NCBI GenBank assembly: GCA_964016885.1
Contig: OZ024747.1
Span: 24,676,001-24,740,000, forward strand
Direction of reading: 5' to 3'
Source of the DNA: Eledone cirrhosa
Taxonomy: Eukaryota
Length of the DNA: 64,000 nt
Shown: positions 25,341-43,342 of the stretch, in pieces
How positions within the stretch are numbered: position 1 is the first letter of the stretch
Layout: each line of letters begins with the position of its first letter
Notes under the pieces: model-generated
Told to the model about the DNA's origin: nothing
Databases searched by the model: none
Seen by the model: the letters and a program-made list of their open reading frames with translations, nothing else
Made by a program: the position numbers and the translations under genes

Positions 25341-25563
25341 ATATATATATAAACAACTATCTGGTTGGTGGAACCAACCAACCAACCAGAAATTTATAAA
25401 TTTATAAATTTGTAAATTTATAAATATATATTAAATTAATTGAAGTGAAAGCAACTGGTGCGTGTGTTTCTTATTGGCAACATGACCCTCCCAAAGTATA
25501 ACAATATCGGTTTCAACACACGATTTCAGATAAAGAATCTTGCTAAACAAATTCAGAAACGAC

Positions 25564-29150
<3,587 letters not shown>

Positions 29151-29330
29151 ATCATCATCATCATCAACGTTTAACGTCCGTGTTCCACGCTTGCATGGGT
29201 TTGGACGGGGGTAGTCCCACTTGAGGCAAGAGTGATTGTCTTGCTCGCATAGGACTGTCTGGCAGGTTTTCTACAGTTGGATGCCCTTCCTAACACCAAC
29301 CACATTTACAGTGTGTGTCTGGGAGGTTTT
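29151..29330 (-). mobile_element. SINE-like repeat with (ATG)n tail
   Basis: CATCATCAT-CGTTTAACGTCC..GCATGGGTTGGAC..GGATGCCCTTCCTAAC; related copies near 54541, 54750-54930, 58510-58580, 63180-63420. Confidence 0.7.
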
Positions 29331-29539
29331 TACCGTGTTGCCTACACGGCCACATTACAGCGTGGACTGTGTGTTTTTTTGTCGTGACACCTACATGATC
29401 TCATTTGTTTCGGCCTATGGCGCGGCACCAACATAACTTTACATAGAACGGGGTGGTGTGGATGGGGTGGGGGTGGGGTGGTGGGACGGGGTGTATTTGT
29501 TAGAGATGCCTACTGGTTGGAGTAGGTTTTACTATATAT

Positions 29540-30283
29540 TTAGGTAAGGCGGGTCTTCTCTGTTACTGAGTACCGCCAATGGTCTCGGTCCAGTGACATT
29601 GTCTTGGAGAGGTGTAAGTGTGTGATGTCGGAGTTTATCAGCTCGTCCCAGGTTTTTCTAGGTCTGCCTATTCCGTGACTACCGTCTATCTTTATTGCCC
29701 TGCACTTTGTTATACAGCTATCGACTTTCATGCGCATCACGTGTCCATACCAACGTAGCCTTCTCTCGAGTAAACAACATCTGATCCCTCTTATCTCTAA
29801 TTTTTTCCTTAGTTCGTTTATGCTTTGCCGTTCACGTATATTACTGTTACACATCCAGCGGAGCATGCAAGCTTCGTTTCTCTCTAGTCTGCGTATATCC
29901 TCTGCACACAATGCCCAGGTCTCACTGCCATGCAGCATTGCTGTTCGTATGCAGGCATCGTACAATCTGCCTTTCATTTTTAGGGAGAACCCTTTAGCAG
30001 CTAATAGTGGTATAAGCTCTCTGAACTTTTTCCAACCAGTTCTGACTCTAGCTACAGTACTTTCAGAGCACCCTCCCCCACTGCTGATTTTATCGTCCAG
30101 GTAACGGAAGCTGTCCACTATTTCTATAGAACCCTCTGCGCAATTGAAAGAGCTAGTATTTCGTGGGCACTTGCTGCTACTTATTGCACCAGAGCACCGG
30201 CCACATGTAAAATCTATGTTCTTAGTTAGCTTACCTGTGATCCCACTACATCTTTTATGCACCCATACTTTGCATTTAGGACA
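29540..30283 (-). mobile_element. 5'-truncated RTE-clade LINE, C-terminal ORF region
   Basis: [53 protein letters not shown]. Confidence 0.9.
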
Positions 30284-30553
30284 TATATATATATATACAT
30301 ATATATATACATATACACATATACATATATATATACATATACATATATATATATACATACATATATATACACATATATATATATACATACATATATATAC
30401 ATATATATATATACATATATATATATACATATATATATATACATATATATATATATACATACATATATATACATATATATATTATACATACATATATATA
30501 CATATATATATATACATATATATATATACATACATATATATACATATATATAT

Positions 30554-30612
<59 letters not shown>

Positions 30613-30766
30613 CATACATATATATACATATATATATATATATACATACATATACATATATATATATACATACATATACATATATATATATACATACATA
30701 TATATACATATATATATATACATACATATATATACATATATATATATACATACATATATATACATA

Positions 30767-30818
<52 letters not shown>

Positions 30819-30847
30819 CATATATATACGATACATATATATACATA

Positions 30848-30885
<38 letters not shown>

Positions 30886-30889
30886 CATA

Positions 30890-30927
<38 letters not shown>

Positions 30928-30985
30928 CATATATATATATACATATATATATATACATACATATATATATATATATATACATACA

Positions 30986-31043
<58 letters not shown>

Positions 31044-31157
31044 CATATACATATATATATATATGTATATATATATACATATATATATATGTATATATAT
31101 ATACATATATATATACATATATATATGTATATATATATATACATATATATATATATG

Positions 31158-31191
<34 letters not shown>

Positions 31192-31415
31192 CATATATAT
31201 ATACAATATATATATGTATATATATATACATATATATATACATATATATATACATATATATATACATATATATATACATATACATATATATACATATATA
31301 TATACATATATATATACATATACATATATATACATATATATATACATATACATATATATACATATATATATACATATACATATATATACATATATACATA
31401 TATATATACATATAC

Positions 31416-31450
<35 letters not shown>
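30284..31450. repeat. (TA)n / TACA microsatellite
   Basis: Direct reading. Confidence 0.97.
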
Positions 31451-31790
31451 GAATAATGCTGGCTCTCGGCTGACAGCCACAGCCGTGATGGGTAGCAGTA
31501 AAATATGGTACAGGCATTGGTGGGCCATTGTTTTGGCTGACAGGTTGAACTGACTAAGCAAATTTCCTTGAAAACTTGCGCAAGCGGTGGGGGTGAATTG
31601 GTACTCACAAGGGAGCGGATGAAAACCCCAAAACACGCAATTCATCCGTTCCCATGTCAATCCAATTTGGATTGCCTCGGAAACATAACCTTATTATGTA
31701 ACAAGCTGTCTGATGATGACACGACACTCGCACACAGAACAGTGTGGCCAGTGTCGTCACTGAAATATATATCACAGCATTATTATTAAA

Positions 31791-31980
31791 GGGTGGATTG
31801 GCAGTATCGGTAGAGGGTCGGACGCCATGCTTTCCAGCATAGTTACGTCCCTTTACGATCTGAGTTCAAATCCCGCCGAGGTTGACTTTGCCTTTCATCC
31901 TTACGGGGTCGATAAAATAAAGTACCAGTAATGCACTGGGTAATTGCTGGCCTTGTGCCTAAAGTAGAAACAATTATTAT
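31791..31980 (+). mobile_element. tRNA-type SINE, near full length
   Basis: A-box-like TGGCAGTATCGG, B-box GAGTTCAAATCC, central GCCTTTCATCCTTACGGGGTCGATAAAATAAAGTACCAG (resembles the Meta/Sauria-SINE domain), ATT tail; more than 15 copies in window. Confidence 0.88.
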
Positions 31981-32094
31981 TAAAGGACTTGAACATCTGA
32001 AACTACTTCGCTTTTCCTTATTCGATATTTACTCCATCACTCCTACGTGGAAAAAGTACGTTGAGTGCTTGAATTGAATTGCATCAATATTTAC

Positions 32095-32155
<61 letters not shown>

Positions 32156-32412
32156 TATACATATATAAATATATTCATAAGTATCTACAAGTATATACAT
32201 ATAATTATACATATATATATATATATACATATATAAATATATACATATGTTTATGTATCTATCTATATATATATACATATATAAATATATACATATGTTT
32301 ATGTATCTATCTATATATATATACATATATAAATATATACATATGTATATGTATCTATCTATATATATAATACATATATAAATATATATATACATATATA
32401 AATATATATATA

Positions 32413-33045
32413 TTATCCTTCTCTTCTCTACTTTCGCCCGACCACACCTTGAATACTGTTGTCCACTGTGGTCTCCCCACACGAAACAAAGTATCATGAA
32501 ACTTGAAGCTCCTCAAAGGGCAATCACGAAAAAGATAGATGGCATGTCAGACCTTGACTACTGGGGTCGATTGGAAAACCTGAAACTTTACTCACTCCAA
32601 CGTCGCCGTGAGCGTTATATTATCTGCATGATGTGGAAAATGTTCCATCATCACTGCCCAAATGATGTTGGCATCGCCTTCAAGATACACCCAAGGCTTG
32701 GGCCCCGTGCTATCCGTCCCATTCAAAAATCTAAATCGCAACTCATAACAACAATACGGCACAATTATTTCACCTCAATCGGCCCTGCTCTCTTCAACAT
32801 CACACCAGGACACGTCAAACAGAAACTGACCACTCAAAATTCAAGAAGTCTTTGGACAAAGTCCTCCAAGTAATCCCGGACAAACCACCCACACCCGGAT
32901 ATGTCTCCGCAAACAGTAATTCTCTTCTCGAATGGGCCATGGTGCCCAAATCCTGAATTGAAAGACTTCGCCAGGTGGTGCTATTAAGTTAGACATGGCC
33001 TGGGCCAATACTGGCCAAAACATTTCAAAGTTATTCAAAGTTATT
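32413..33045 (+). mobile_element. CR1/L2-type LINE 3' fragment
   Basis: [43 protein letters not shown]; short tandem tail. Confidence 0.88.
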
Positions 33046-33333
33046 ATACATATGTATATGTATCTATATATATATATACATATATAAATATATACATATG
33101 TATATGTATCTATATATATATATATATACATATATAAATATATACATATGTATCTATATATATATATATATACATATATAAATATATACATATGTATATG
33201 TATCTATATATATATATATATATACATATATAAATATATACATATGTATATGTATCTATACGTATATACATATATACATATATAGATATATACATATGTT
33301 TATGTATCTATACGTATATACATATATACATAA

Positions 33334-34935
33334 ATAACATTACAAATTGCTCACAATTCTTTCAGAATAACATTAGACTTATAATGTCAATCATAAACAA
33401 AAATATAAACGTATATAACAAATACAACCAACTATCGCCAGGAACCTCACAAAAACAACACACCAAAATACATGAGTAGGGCGAGAGAGAAGAAAACAAA
33501 CAAAAATGTGAGAAGCAAAAGCAAAAACAATCTTCACTGTCAACAACCCAACTCCACCAAATGTCTCGAACGCCACAGGCTGGAAGAAATAATTATTAGA
33601 TAAATCCAGGTATTTCCGAATTTTATTCCGTTTGGCAACAGAACTAGTGACGCCCTCACCACCACCACACACACATTTACCGCGGCATCCTTGACGTGGG
33701 ATGGAGAAAAAAGATCGCCGTTGGGCTTTGTGAGGCCAGACAGTTTAGCCCCAAATAAGGGAGGACATTCTAAGACGAGAACAAGTTGACGAAATGGGTG
33801 AGGTTCTTCAAGAGCCGACAAAGAGACACCATCCTTGAGGTGCCGAGGTCGAAGCCGATCAATCCCTGCATCAGAACCCCCCGGAAAGGATATGATCTCC
33901 TTACTGACGTTAACTGGGGTGAAGATAGGTTACAAGTAACCTGGTCACCTGGAGTGGCCATCTCAGTCGGTTGAGTGAATCAGTAGGGCACTGGGCGAGG
34001 AATGACATAGAAGAGAGAAAGCGAACAGCCCCTTTAATGTCAAATTCATTGAATTTGGCGTTGACGAAGTTCGGTGATCGTCCATTGATTGGAACTAAGT
34101 TGATCCCCGACCTGAGATGAGCAGTAGTTGGGGTTGAATCAAACAACTCGAACTGTCGTTTTAAAGAAGATGTGAGGCATTCGGATTTCACGTTGGCCAC
34201 ATGGAGAGAGACTAATGGAACAAGAATAGTTTCTGCCAATCCAAGATGTCGTTGGATAAACAGATGTTCTTCAGCAGCTTGGAGAGAGCACGGGCGAAAC
34301 TGGTCCGAGCTCCTTTTGGGATCCTGTTGATGAGTTTCAACTTAGACAAGTCCCAGAGGGCAGCGAAAAAATCCTCAACAGGGATCTGAACGTCAGAGCT
34401 AGGTTTTGACCTGCAAACTGAACCGGAGCTGAAGTAGCATTGGTTTCGCGTCCAGTTTCAGATTGATCCTTAGTAATGCCAATGCAGCTCCTGTAATAGC
34501 TTAGGCTACATGGGTAACATTCAACTGTTTTTAGATATTGACTTGTACGGGAGCAGAGAGCGCAGTTTGGTGGTGAATTGGCAGCATCAGAGAAGTCAAC
34601 CTTAGAATTAGGATTCAGACGGGGGAGGAAAGACGATGATGGGGGGGGGGGTTACGATAGAGGTAGAGGGAGGGAACCGGGTAACCAGCATTAACTCTGG
34701 CAGTGGGACTCAGTTGGGGGGGGGGTGACGTTGGAGGCAAGCTAGCTGTTGCGGGAATGGTGGGGGAATAAGGGGATGAATAGGTCTAATTTCTACTGAA
34801 TCCGACGATGGAGGAGGAGGAGAGAGATAGGGGGCTACAAGTTAGCTCTCTTGGAATGTGGTGGGGGTGGTGGGAAACGGGAGGACGTTACGAAATGTTA
34901 CGAAAGATGTTAGGATGTTACGAAATCCTTTAACC
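33334..34935 (-). mobile_element. Deleted CRE-like (RLE-type) non-LTR retrotransposon relic
   Basis: NRIPKGAR, DIKGAVRFLSS, AKRNKIRKYLDL..FFQPVAFETFGGVG; 3' part similar to 35635-35830. Confidence 0.65.
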
Positions 34936-35300
34936 ATGCGAGTCTCCTGGTCACTCAGAGAAAGACCTTAAAATAATTTAGATTTAAATCTAAATAGTAA
35001 CTTTGTTTTAATATATGTGTGTGTATATATATGTATATGTGTGTGTGTGTGCGTGCATATATACTGTGTGTATATATATATATATATATATACCTGTGAA
35101 TTCCGGAGAATAACTTTCTTACTGGTGATGATGTCAGAAATGAGAAATTACGTATCACATGGTATTAAATTCAAGCGAGAAATCATATTGCATCGGTGCG
35201 AGTTCAAGTTGCTGCCGTCGTGACACCATTTTTTTTTTTTTCACCTTTGTAAACTATACACTACACAGTCACCAATACATATTATTATTATTACTATTAT

Positions 35301-35432
35301 TTGAGTTCAAATCTGAGTTCAAATCCCGCCGAGGTTGACTTAGCCTTTCATCCTTACGGGGTCGATAAAATAAAGTACCAGTAATGCACTGGGTAATTGC
35401 TGGCCTTGTGCCTAAAGTAGAAACAATTATTA
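35301..35432 (+). mobile_element. SINE copy (5' truncated)
   Basis: Matches 31860-31980. Confidence 0.85.
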
Positions 35433-36147
35433 TTACTATTATTTACACGCGCACACACATAGTATATTCGCGCCGACAATAATGACAGCAAATATAAGTA
35501 TTGTACTTTAGTACTAAATAAATAAACCTCAAAATCATATCTGTCGTTTTATGTTCGTATTGCTCCCCGTTACGATAGAAGTTTTACCCTCCTAGAACCG
35601 AAGTTGTGGAGAAAATAAGTTTTATTCACAGTTGTATAAATAACATTACAAATTGTTCACAATTCTTTCAGAATGAAAGTATAAACACAAGCATAAACAC
35701 AACAAATACAATTAACTATTGCCAGGAACCTCACAAATATAACGCACCAAAATATACGATCAGAGCGAGAAAGGGGGGAAAAGGGGGAAACAAAAACAAA
35801 AACTACCATCAGTTCACCACCAAGTGCGACAATCGGCCGCACATCACAAGGGGCAAAGGAAAATCCGCTAGTTTCCTTCGAAAATCGTTATATGTTCGAA
35901 TCTCTTCGAAGGTACTGAGCAGGGCTGTTTCAATCATCCCTCTGCTTATTACTAGTTCATATATTTTGATTATGTTGGGCTTATCATTTCGTAGACAACA
36001 AATATCGTTGTATTAAATTAGATAAGCCACTATTCGAAATGTGCCGGTGCAAGTTCGTATCAACTGCATGTCAACCATGTAGTTTTTCTTTTCCATACAT
36101 TTTTATTTATACATTGATAGTTACGAAACACCCGGCCAGTTTTCTGC

Positions 36148-36346
<199 letters not shown>

Positions 36347-37051
36347 TGTGCGCGTGTGTGTACTATATATAGAGAGACACAAATACATAGGTAAATACAT
36401 ACGTACATACATACGTAGAGATAGATATAATTAGGTGTGTGTGTGTATTTGAGATGTGCATAAGTATTTGCGTGTGTACGTAAGAGAAGTGTAGAGAGGA
36501 TGAAAGAGAAAGTGGGAGAATGTGTTTGTCTGAATGCCTGTATGAACGTCACTGGGTGTGTAAGGATGTGCACATGGGTGTGTGTATATGTGTGTGAGCG
36601 TGCGCGCGTTATATGTGTAAAAGTGTGTATATGTTTGTTTGCGTAAACTTGCGTAACGGTACGTGTGTGCATCAAAACGTGTCATGCATGTATGTGTGTG
36701 CGTGTGTATACGTATATGTAAACACGTGTGTAAACATATGTAAACGTATGCATGTGTAAACATGCGTGCATGTGTGTGTGTCTCCGTACGCGTATGTATA
36801 TGTGAGTGCCTGCTTGTGTAAGTAAACGTGTGAGATGTGTGTGTGTGTGTGAGTATAAAATGTAAACAATGAACGGGGAAACATCTCAATGAAATATTTA
36901 CAAACTAATTGTATTGTTCATGTAAACTTATATGTGTGTGTGTGTGTGTGTGTGTACAGGGTGGGGGTGTGAACTGTGTGTGTACAGGGTGGGGGTGTTA
37001 ACTGTGTGTACAGGGTGGGGGTGTGAACTGTGTGTACAGGGTGGGGGTGTT

Positions 37052-37151
<100 letters not shown>

Positions 37152-37448
37152 TAGCGGGGAAAACGGACGTTAAATGATGGTGATCGTGATGATGGTACAT
37201 ACAGACACTATTATGTACTTGCAATAAAAAGATGCATATACATATACACTTTCATAACGCACGCACATACATACATGCATACTCAGAAAAGCATATGCAT
37301 ATGTACCCAAATACACACACAGTATGAATATATACACCTACTCAATTTGTACTCAATAGAAATGTGTATTTTCAGCATCGGTAATATTATATGAAAAATA
37401 TGACATAAATACGCTATGTGTGTGTCTCCATGTATATGTGTATGTATG

Positions 37449-37510
<62 letters not shown>

Positions 37511-37656
37511 GTTAAACAAGGTTCAATGAATAAATCAAAGAATGAGTTTTACAATAGATTGGAAGCACTCAACAAATATGGTTTTCCGGAGTTATTAATA
37601 TTAATTCAAAATATTAACAAAATATTAACAAAAATAGACATTAGTATGATCAAGTA

Positions 37657-37723
37657 TATTTTATTATACATATTTCAGAGGTACTGAGCTATCTTCAACA
37701 GTACGTCCTCATCAGATAAAATA
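37657..37723 (-). ncRNA. Hammerhead ribozyme
   Basis: UAUUUUAU-CUGAUGA-GGACGUACUG..CAGUACCUCU-GAAA-UAUGUA-UA/AUAAAAUA; 8-bp stem I. Confidence 0.8.
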
Positions 37724-37810
37724 AGATGATGCATGACATTACCCTGACATAGTAGATGGTTAAGATTCAGTCATGTTTATGTATTATGCACACACATAGA
37801 CCCCCCCTCC

Positions 37811-37847
<37 letters not shown>

Positions 37848-37893
37848 AATGAAAAGTATAGAAATTATTGTAGCAAGAAGCCAACAGTATTCC

Positions 37894-37933
<40 letters not shown>

Positions 37934-38292
37934 AGGGGGGGGGGGGTCTATGTGTGTGCATAATACAAAAACACATCATACATAGCTGATTGGAGATAGA
38001 CAGTTATATAGATAAATCCATATATGTATGTGTGTCCATGCGTAAATAATATAATCTTTAACATACAATACACACACATATATATATATATATATACCGA
38101 TAGATATACACACACACACATTTTGTGTGGTGTGTGTGTAATATACATACATAGTCACATATATAGAGAGATAAATGTATAATATATACATATATATTTA
38201 TATATATATATATATATATATCTATACACATAGATAGATGTATATATATATATATTTATACATACATATACATTTATATACATACATACATA

Positions 38293-38344
<52 letters not shown>

Positions 38345-38439
38345 TAGAAGTGGTATTTAATTTGTTGGAAGTCCGACAAATATAAATGTTTATAACTGAT
38401 TTAGAGCACTCAACAAGTTACTGGAGTAAATATTCAATG

Positions 38440-38527
38440 ATATTAAATAAATGGAAACTATATTTATAAAACCATATTTATTTTATTATAAATATGGTTT
38501 TATAAATATAGTTTCCATTTATTTAAT

Positions 38528-38529
<2 letters not shown>
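38440..38529. repeat. Perfect 42-bp-arm hairpin
   Basis: ATATTAAATAAATGGAAACTATATTTATAAAACCATATTTAT and its reverse complement, 6-nt loop. Confidence 0.9.
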
Positions 38530-38608
<79 letters not shown>

Positions 38609-38701
38609 TTATATGTATACATATATAGATGAATTGGTTTAAATATATACATGTGTATATATATATATATATACATACATACATAGATGAATTGATTTAA
38701 A

Positions 38702-38739
<38 letters not shown>

Positions 38740-38852
38740 CATAGATAGATGAATTGATTTAAATATATACATGTGTGTGTATACATACATATTTATATGT
38801 TATATATACATTTATATACAAACAGATAGATAACATAGATAGATGGATTTAC

Positions 38853-39047
38853 CTGTTCGTTAGCTGGTGGCTCGTTGCTCTCCGGGTTATCCGTGGGTAA
38901 ATTGCCGGAGCGTAACGAGTTGGACATGGGGAAGAATCGACTTAACTTCGGTTGCGTCCTAGCCACCGGTGACGAGTTCGAATCATCGGTCCGGTCCCCC
39001 CGGCAGTAACCGGGTCGGGACCCACGAATGCTGGGTGCACAACCCAT
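38853..39047 (-). CDS. Probable first coding exon (65 codons) of a PDE8-like cAMP phosphodiesterase
   Basis: ATG at 39047, MGCAPSI N-terminus as in PDE8A/B (MGCAPSIH); GC-rich unique sequence; donor CAG/GTAAAT at 38852, phase 0. Family call rests on 7 residues only; an upstream in-frame near-cognate start exists. Confidence 0.7.
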
Positions 39048-41136
39048 GAAATTAGTTCGTATGTGATCCGAGAATACTGAGAAATCCACGTTGAATCTGG
39101 TGTATCTAGGGGAAAGTGAGGAAGAAGAAAGATGGTTGTAGTGTTGTTGTCGTTGTGTGTGTGTGTGTGTGTGCGCGCGCGCGCGCGCGTGTGTGTGTCA
39201 GTGGGGTTAACTGAGATAGCAGCGAGGATCGAACCTTGGCAACATCCTTACAGAAATAATAAACCACACAAGCCTCTCCCTCTCGCCACCGCCACCATTA
39301 CCACCACCACTACCACCGCCACCACTACCTCTTTCTCATCTGTTTCTTTCTCCTCTTTTCTCCCTAGTTTTTTTCATTTTCGTCTCTCTTTCCCTCTCTT
39401 TTTCTGGCTGGCTGAAGGAGTGTATGTATGTATATATCTATATCTACATATATATGTGTGTAAACGCAATATTATATACGTGAATGTTTATGTGGAGTGT
39501 GTCTGCGTGTATGCATATGTGTGCTGTAAAAATTGCTTGTATACATATAAACACATAGCATCATATATATATCTATACATATATATGAGTTTGACAAGTA
39601 CCTTTGCTACGAAATTCTAAGGCCTTGAATTACTCCCGTAGTAAATCTTATAAAAGATATACACTGTTATATATGTATTGAGTTCTTTTTCTGCCGCTTG
39701 TAAAACCAAACGTGCCTATATGTATCAGTGTGTGTGTGCGCGTGCGCGCGTGCGTGTATGTGTTGTATAGAGGTATGTCCAAGTTGTATATCCGTCTATT
39801 GTAGATGTATACACAGCAGACATAGGTGTGTAATTACAACACACATGTCGCTGTGTTACGGTGGTGTCCAACACATCAATATGACACCCACATGTTTAAC
39901 GACACACATTGCTTTATAATAATACATGGATTCCCAACAATTTAGTGTGGTTGTGTGTGGCTGTGACTGATGTATGTCTACATGTATATGTGTGAGCTTG
40001 TGCTTATGCCTGTGTGTATGTGTGACTGTAAGTGTGGCTGTAATTGGTGTATGTATGAGCAAATGTATATGATATTGTGTTTATGACTGTTTATGTGTGA
40101 ATTATGCGGTGTTGTGCTTATGACTGTGCGGCTTCGTGTGTGAGAGAGAGCTGGTGCTTATAACTGTGTAAGTGTACGGCTGAGTTTGTATATGAGAGTC
40201 TATGTGTGGAGGCTGTGCTTATGTCTTTCTAAGTGTGTGGCTACATGTATGTGTGGGTATGTGAGAGGGAGGGGAAGAGAGGTTATGCGTGTTTATGTGA
40301 TTCTGTGTTAGTGTGTGACTAATGTATGACTATGTGTATGTGTGAAAGTGCTTTAAGTGTCTGTAGTGGTAGCTATTTGTGGGTGTGTGTATGTGAGAAT
40401 GTGTGTGTGGCTGTGGCTAGCTGATGTATATATATGTATTGACTGCTGTAAGTGCCGTATATGACTGACTGACTGTTGCATGTATGTACGTCTGTGTATG
40501 TATGTAGCTTATGGCTCTATCGAATGTTGTTCTGGCTATGTGTGGCTGAATTAATTGATGTGTGCGACTGTGTGTATATGAATCTGTGTATGTGTTTATG
40601 ATGTTCCCTATATGTAAATGTTCTGTGCACTCGTGTGAAAGATGTACGTATGTATGAATCCGTTCACTGATATGTGTGTGTTTATATTGTTTATTGTGTG
40701 TATAAGCGTTTGTGTGTAAGAGTTACGGCAGTGATACTTATTTGCGTGCTTGCTTTACGTATGAGTGAATACATTGAATAGAGCGTTTGTAAGGGGCATA
40801 CACGCAGCAGAGTATGTGAATGACAGCGCGTATGTTAGAGCATGTATTGCGTGATGTATAAATTTGCGTTTGTGCAATACATATATGACTATGTGTGTGC
40901 GTGTATATGTGAGAGTTAATGTGTGATTATTAAGTAACGCGTGTGTTGCGCGGTGTTTGTTGTTTAGCCCCGATCCAGCAGACGTATATAATCAAAAGCA
41001 TTCTAACCGTGACCACTCCATCTTATATACATACATACATTGTACAATATATTCTCCCTTCAAATGTTAAGGGTATGATTTGAGAGAGATTGGGTTGCTA
41101 TATATATAGTCTCTCTCTCTCTCTCTCTCTCTCTCT

Positions 41137-41180
<44 letters not shown>

Positions 41181-41184
<4 letters not shown>

Positions 41185-41297
41185 TGAGTTCAAATCCCGC
41201 CGACGTTAACTTTGCCTTTCATCCTTACGGGGTCGATAAAGTAAAGTACCAGTAATGTACTGGGTATTTGCTGGCCTTGTGCCAAAAGTAGAAACAA
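41181..41297 (+). mobile_element. SINE copy (5' truncated)
   Basis: Matches family consensus. Confidence 0.85.
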
Positions 41298-41300
41298 TAT

Positions 41301-41457
41301 ATATATAGCCACACTCTACTATCCCAAGTATCGAGCACTCTGTTAAATAATGGTCTAACTAGTTTAATATATATCAGGATTAAACCAGTATTAAACTAGT
41401 TAGACCATTATTTAACAGAGTACTCGATATTTGGGATAGTAGAGTGTGACTATATAT
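41301..41457. repeat. Inverted repeat, about 69-bp arms, 19-bp spacer
   Basis: Arms differ by three transitions. Confidence 0.9.
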
Positions 41458-41473
41458 ATATATATAGAGAGAG

Positions 41474-41521
<48 letters not shown>

Positions 41522-41727
41522 GACTTTGCGATTTCAGAGTCAGGTTCGATCATTACATCGAACGTGCCTCGAGCTGGTCGCCAGAGAAACGATTGTAATA
41601 TGTCTAATAAATTTTATTCGTCGCAACACTGATTCTCCGTTTCTTATGTGATATCATACTCTGCTCTGTAAGAGCATCGAGTGCTCAAACGGCATACCGC
41701 TTACGGACGGTTTAAGCATCCAACACC

Positions 41728-41796
<69 letters not shown>

Positions 41797-41976
41797 AGTG
41801 GAAGCTTAGTAAAATCGAAGCTTTGGCTGTGGCCAAGCAAAGTTGACCTACAATAAGGAATGTGTAGCAAAGCACTCAATAAGGGTAGGTCCTTAGAGTA
41901 ATAACATTACGTTTAAAAAGCTTGACAAATTGAAAATTACGGTAGGCAAAACCCAACCATACAATACCAAAACAAC

Positions 41977-42045
<69 letters not shown>

Positions 42046-42106
42046 TAATAATAATAAAATTGAAGACTAATATATAAGATCAAAAGATGGTTAAATGAGT
42101 TCCATG

Positions 42107-42177
42107 TATTTTATTATGCGCATTTCAAAAACAAATATCATCATGCAATAACATTTGTGTTTTCATCAGATAAAATA
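42107..42177 (-). ncRNA. Hammerhead ribozyme
   Basis: UAUUUUAU-CUGAUGA-long stem II (ACAAAUGUUAU/AUGAUAUUUGU)-GAAA-UGCGCA-UA/AUAAAAUA; palindromic stem III. Confidence 0.82.
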
Positions 42178-42232
42178 GGAGGACATGATATGAAGGTTAA
42201 AAAACACTTGTGGATAGTGCAGTTTTAAATCA

Positions 42233-42364
<132 letters not shown>

Positions 42365-42939
42365 TGGCTGCCAACTCGTTTTCGAGTACGGCCACTACTT
42401 TATATCCATGTAGGAGAACCCCTACCGATGCGCTGAACGGTTGTGACTTTTTAGTCCAGCCAGTGACTTGAAAACTCTGGTACAAACACTACACTTGTGA
42501 CAATTATTGACACATAGTGCTGGGCCTATGGTACCATGTGACGACAAGTGCAGAGAGATCTCCAGATATAAAGCAATGCCTGTGCCGTGAAGCTTTTATA
42601 GTGAGCAAAGGCAGTGCACAAAGCCAGTCCCACTCTCTTAACCCAAGATGATATTTACCAAAAAGAAGACCAAGTCAAGATCATTGGATACCATCAGGGT
42701 TGCAGGTGTTATATCAGAGTTTTCCTTCTAGAATTCTGCCTTGACAAAGGCTAAGGGGTCATCTCTCCCCGTGATTTTGGATGGCCATTGACTCTTAAGA
42801 GCTCCTTTGCCCTTTGACAGGTTTTGTTTTTAGTCCTGCAGGATGTCCAAAGTCACCCACACACACATATATACATACACATATATACATACATATATAC
42901 ATATATACACATACATATATACATATACATATATATACG

Positions 42940-43004
<65 letters not shown>

Positions 43005-43342
43005 GTGTGTGTGTACGCGTGTGTATGTGAGTGAGCGTGTATGTGTGTGTGATGTGTGTTTAGCCACAACCCAGTCCTAATTAAGTAAATTTATGAACAA
43101 AGTCGTCCCAGTCGTGACAATCCCGTCCTTTATTGGGACATTGGGTATGCAATAACATTATTCAATATATCCATTCTTGTTTAAAACAACATGACGTGAT
43201 TTGCGGAGGATATGGTTGTTATTACTAGCGGATCGATTGGCTACATAAAGGGCATATGTATATATATATGTGTGAATGAAGTAATTCCGTCGGAAAAGTC
43301 CAGGAAAAAAGAGTGCTCTATGTAGGTAACAGAGCTTAATAG

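Larger units (their letters stand above)
24981..25563. mobile_element. Fold-back palindrome (arms about 260 bp, loop 25242-25244) of a hammerhead-bearing element; right arm extends 56 bp further
   Basis: ATCCTACGCCA-AAA-TGGCGTAGGAT at centre; arms match out to 24981/25507; diverged single copy at 56255-56465. Confidence 0.9.

Noticed and set aside
31791-31885. Functional tRNA gene
   Set aside because: A/B-box-like head continues into a multi-copy SINE body; no clean cloverleaf
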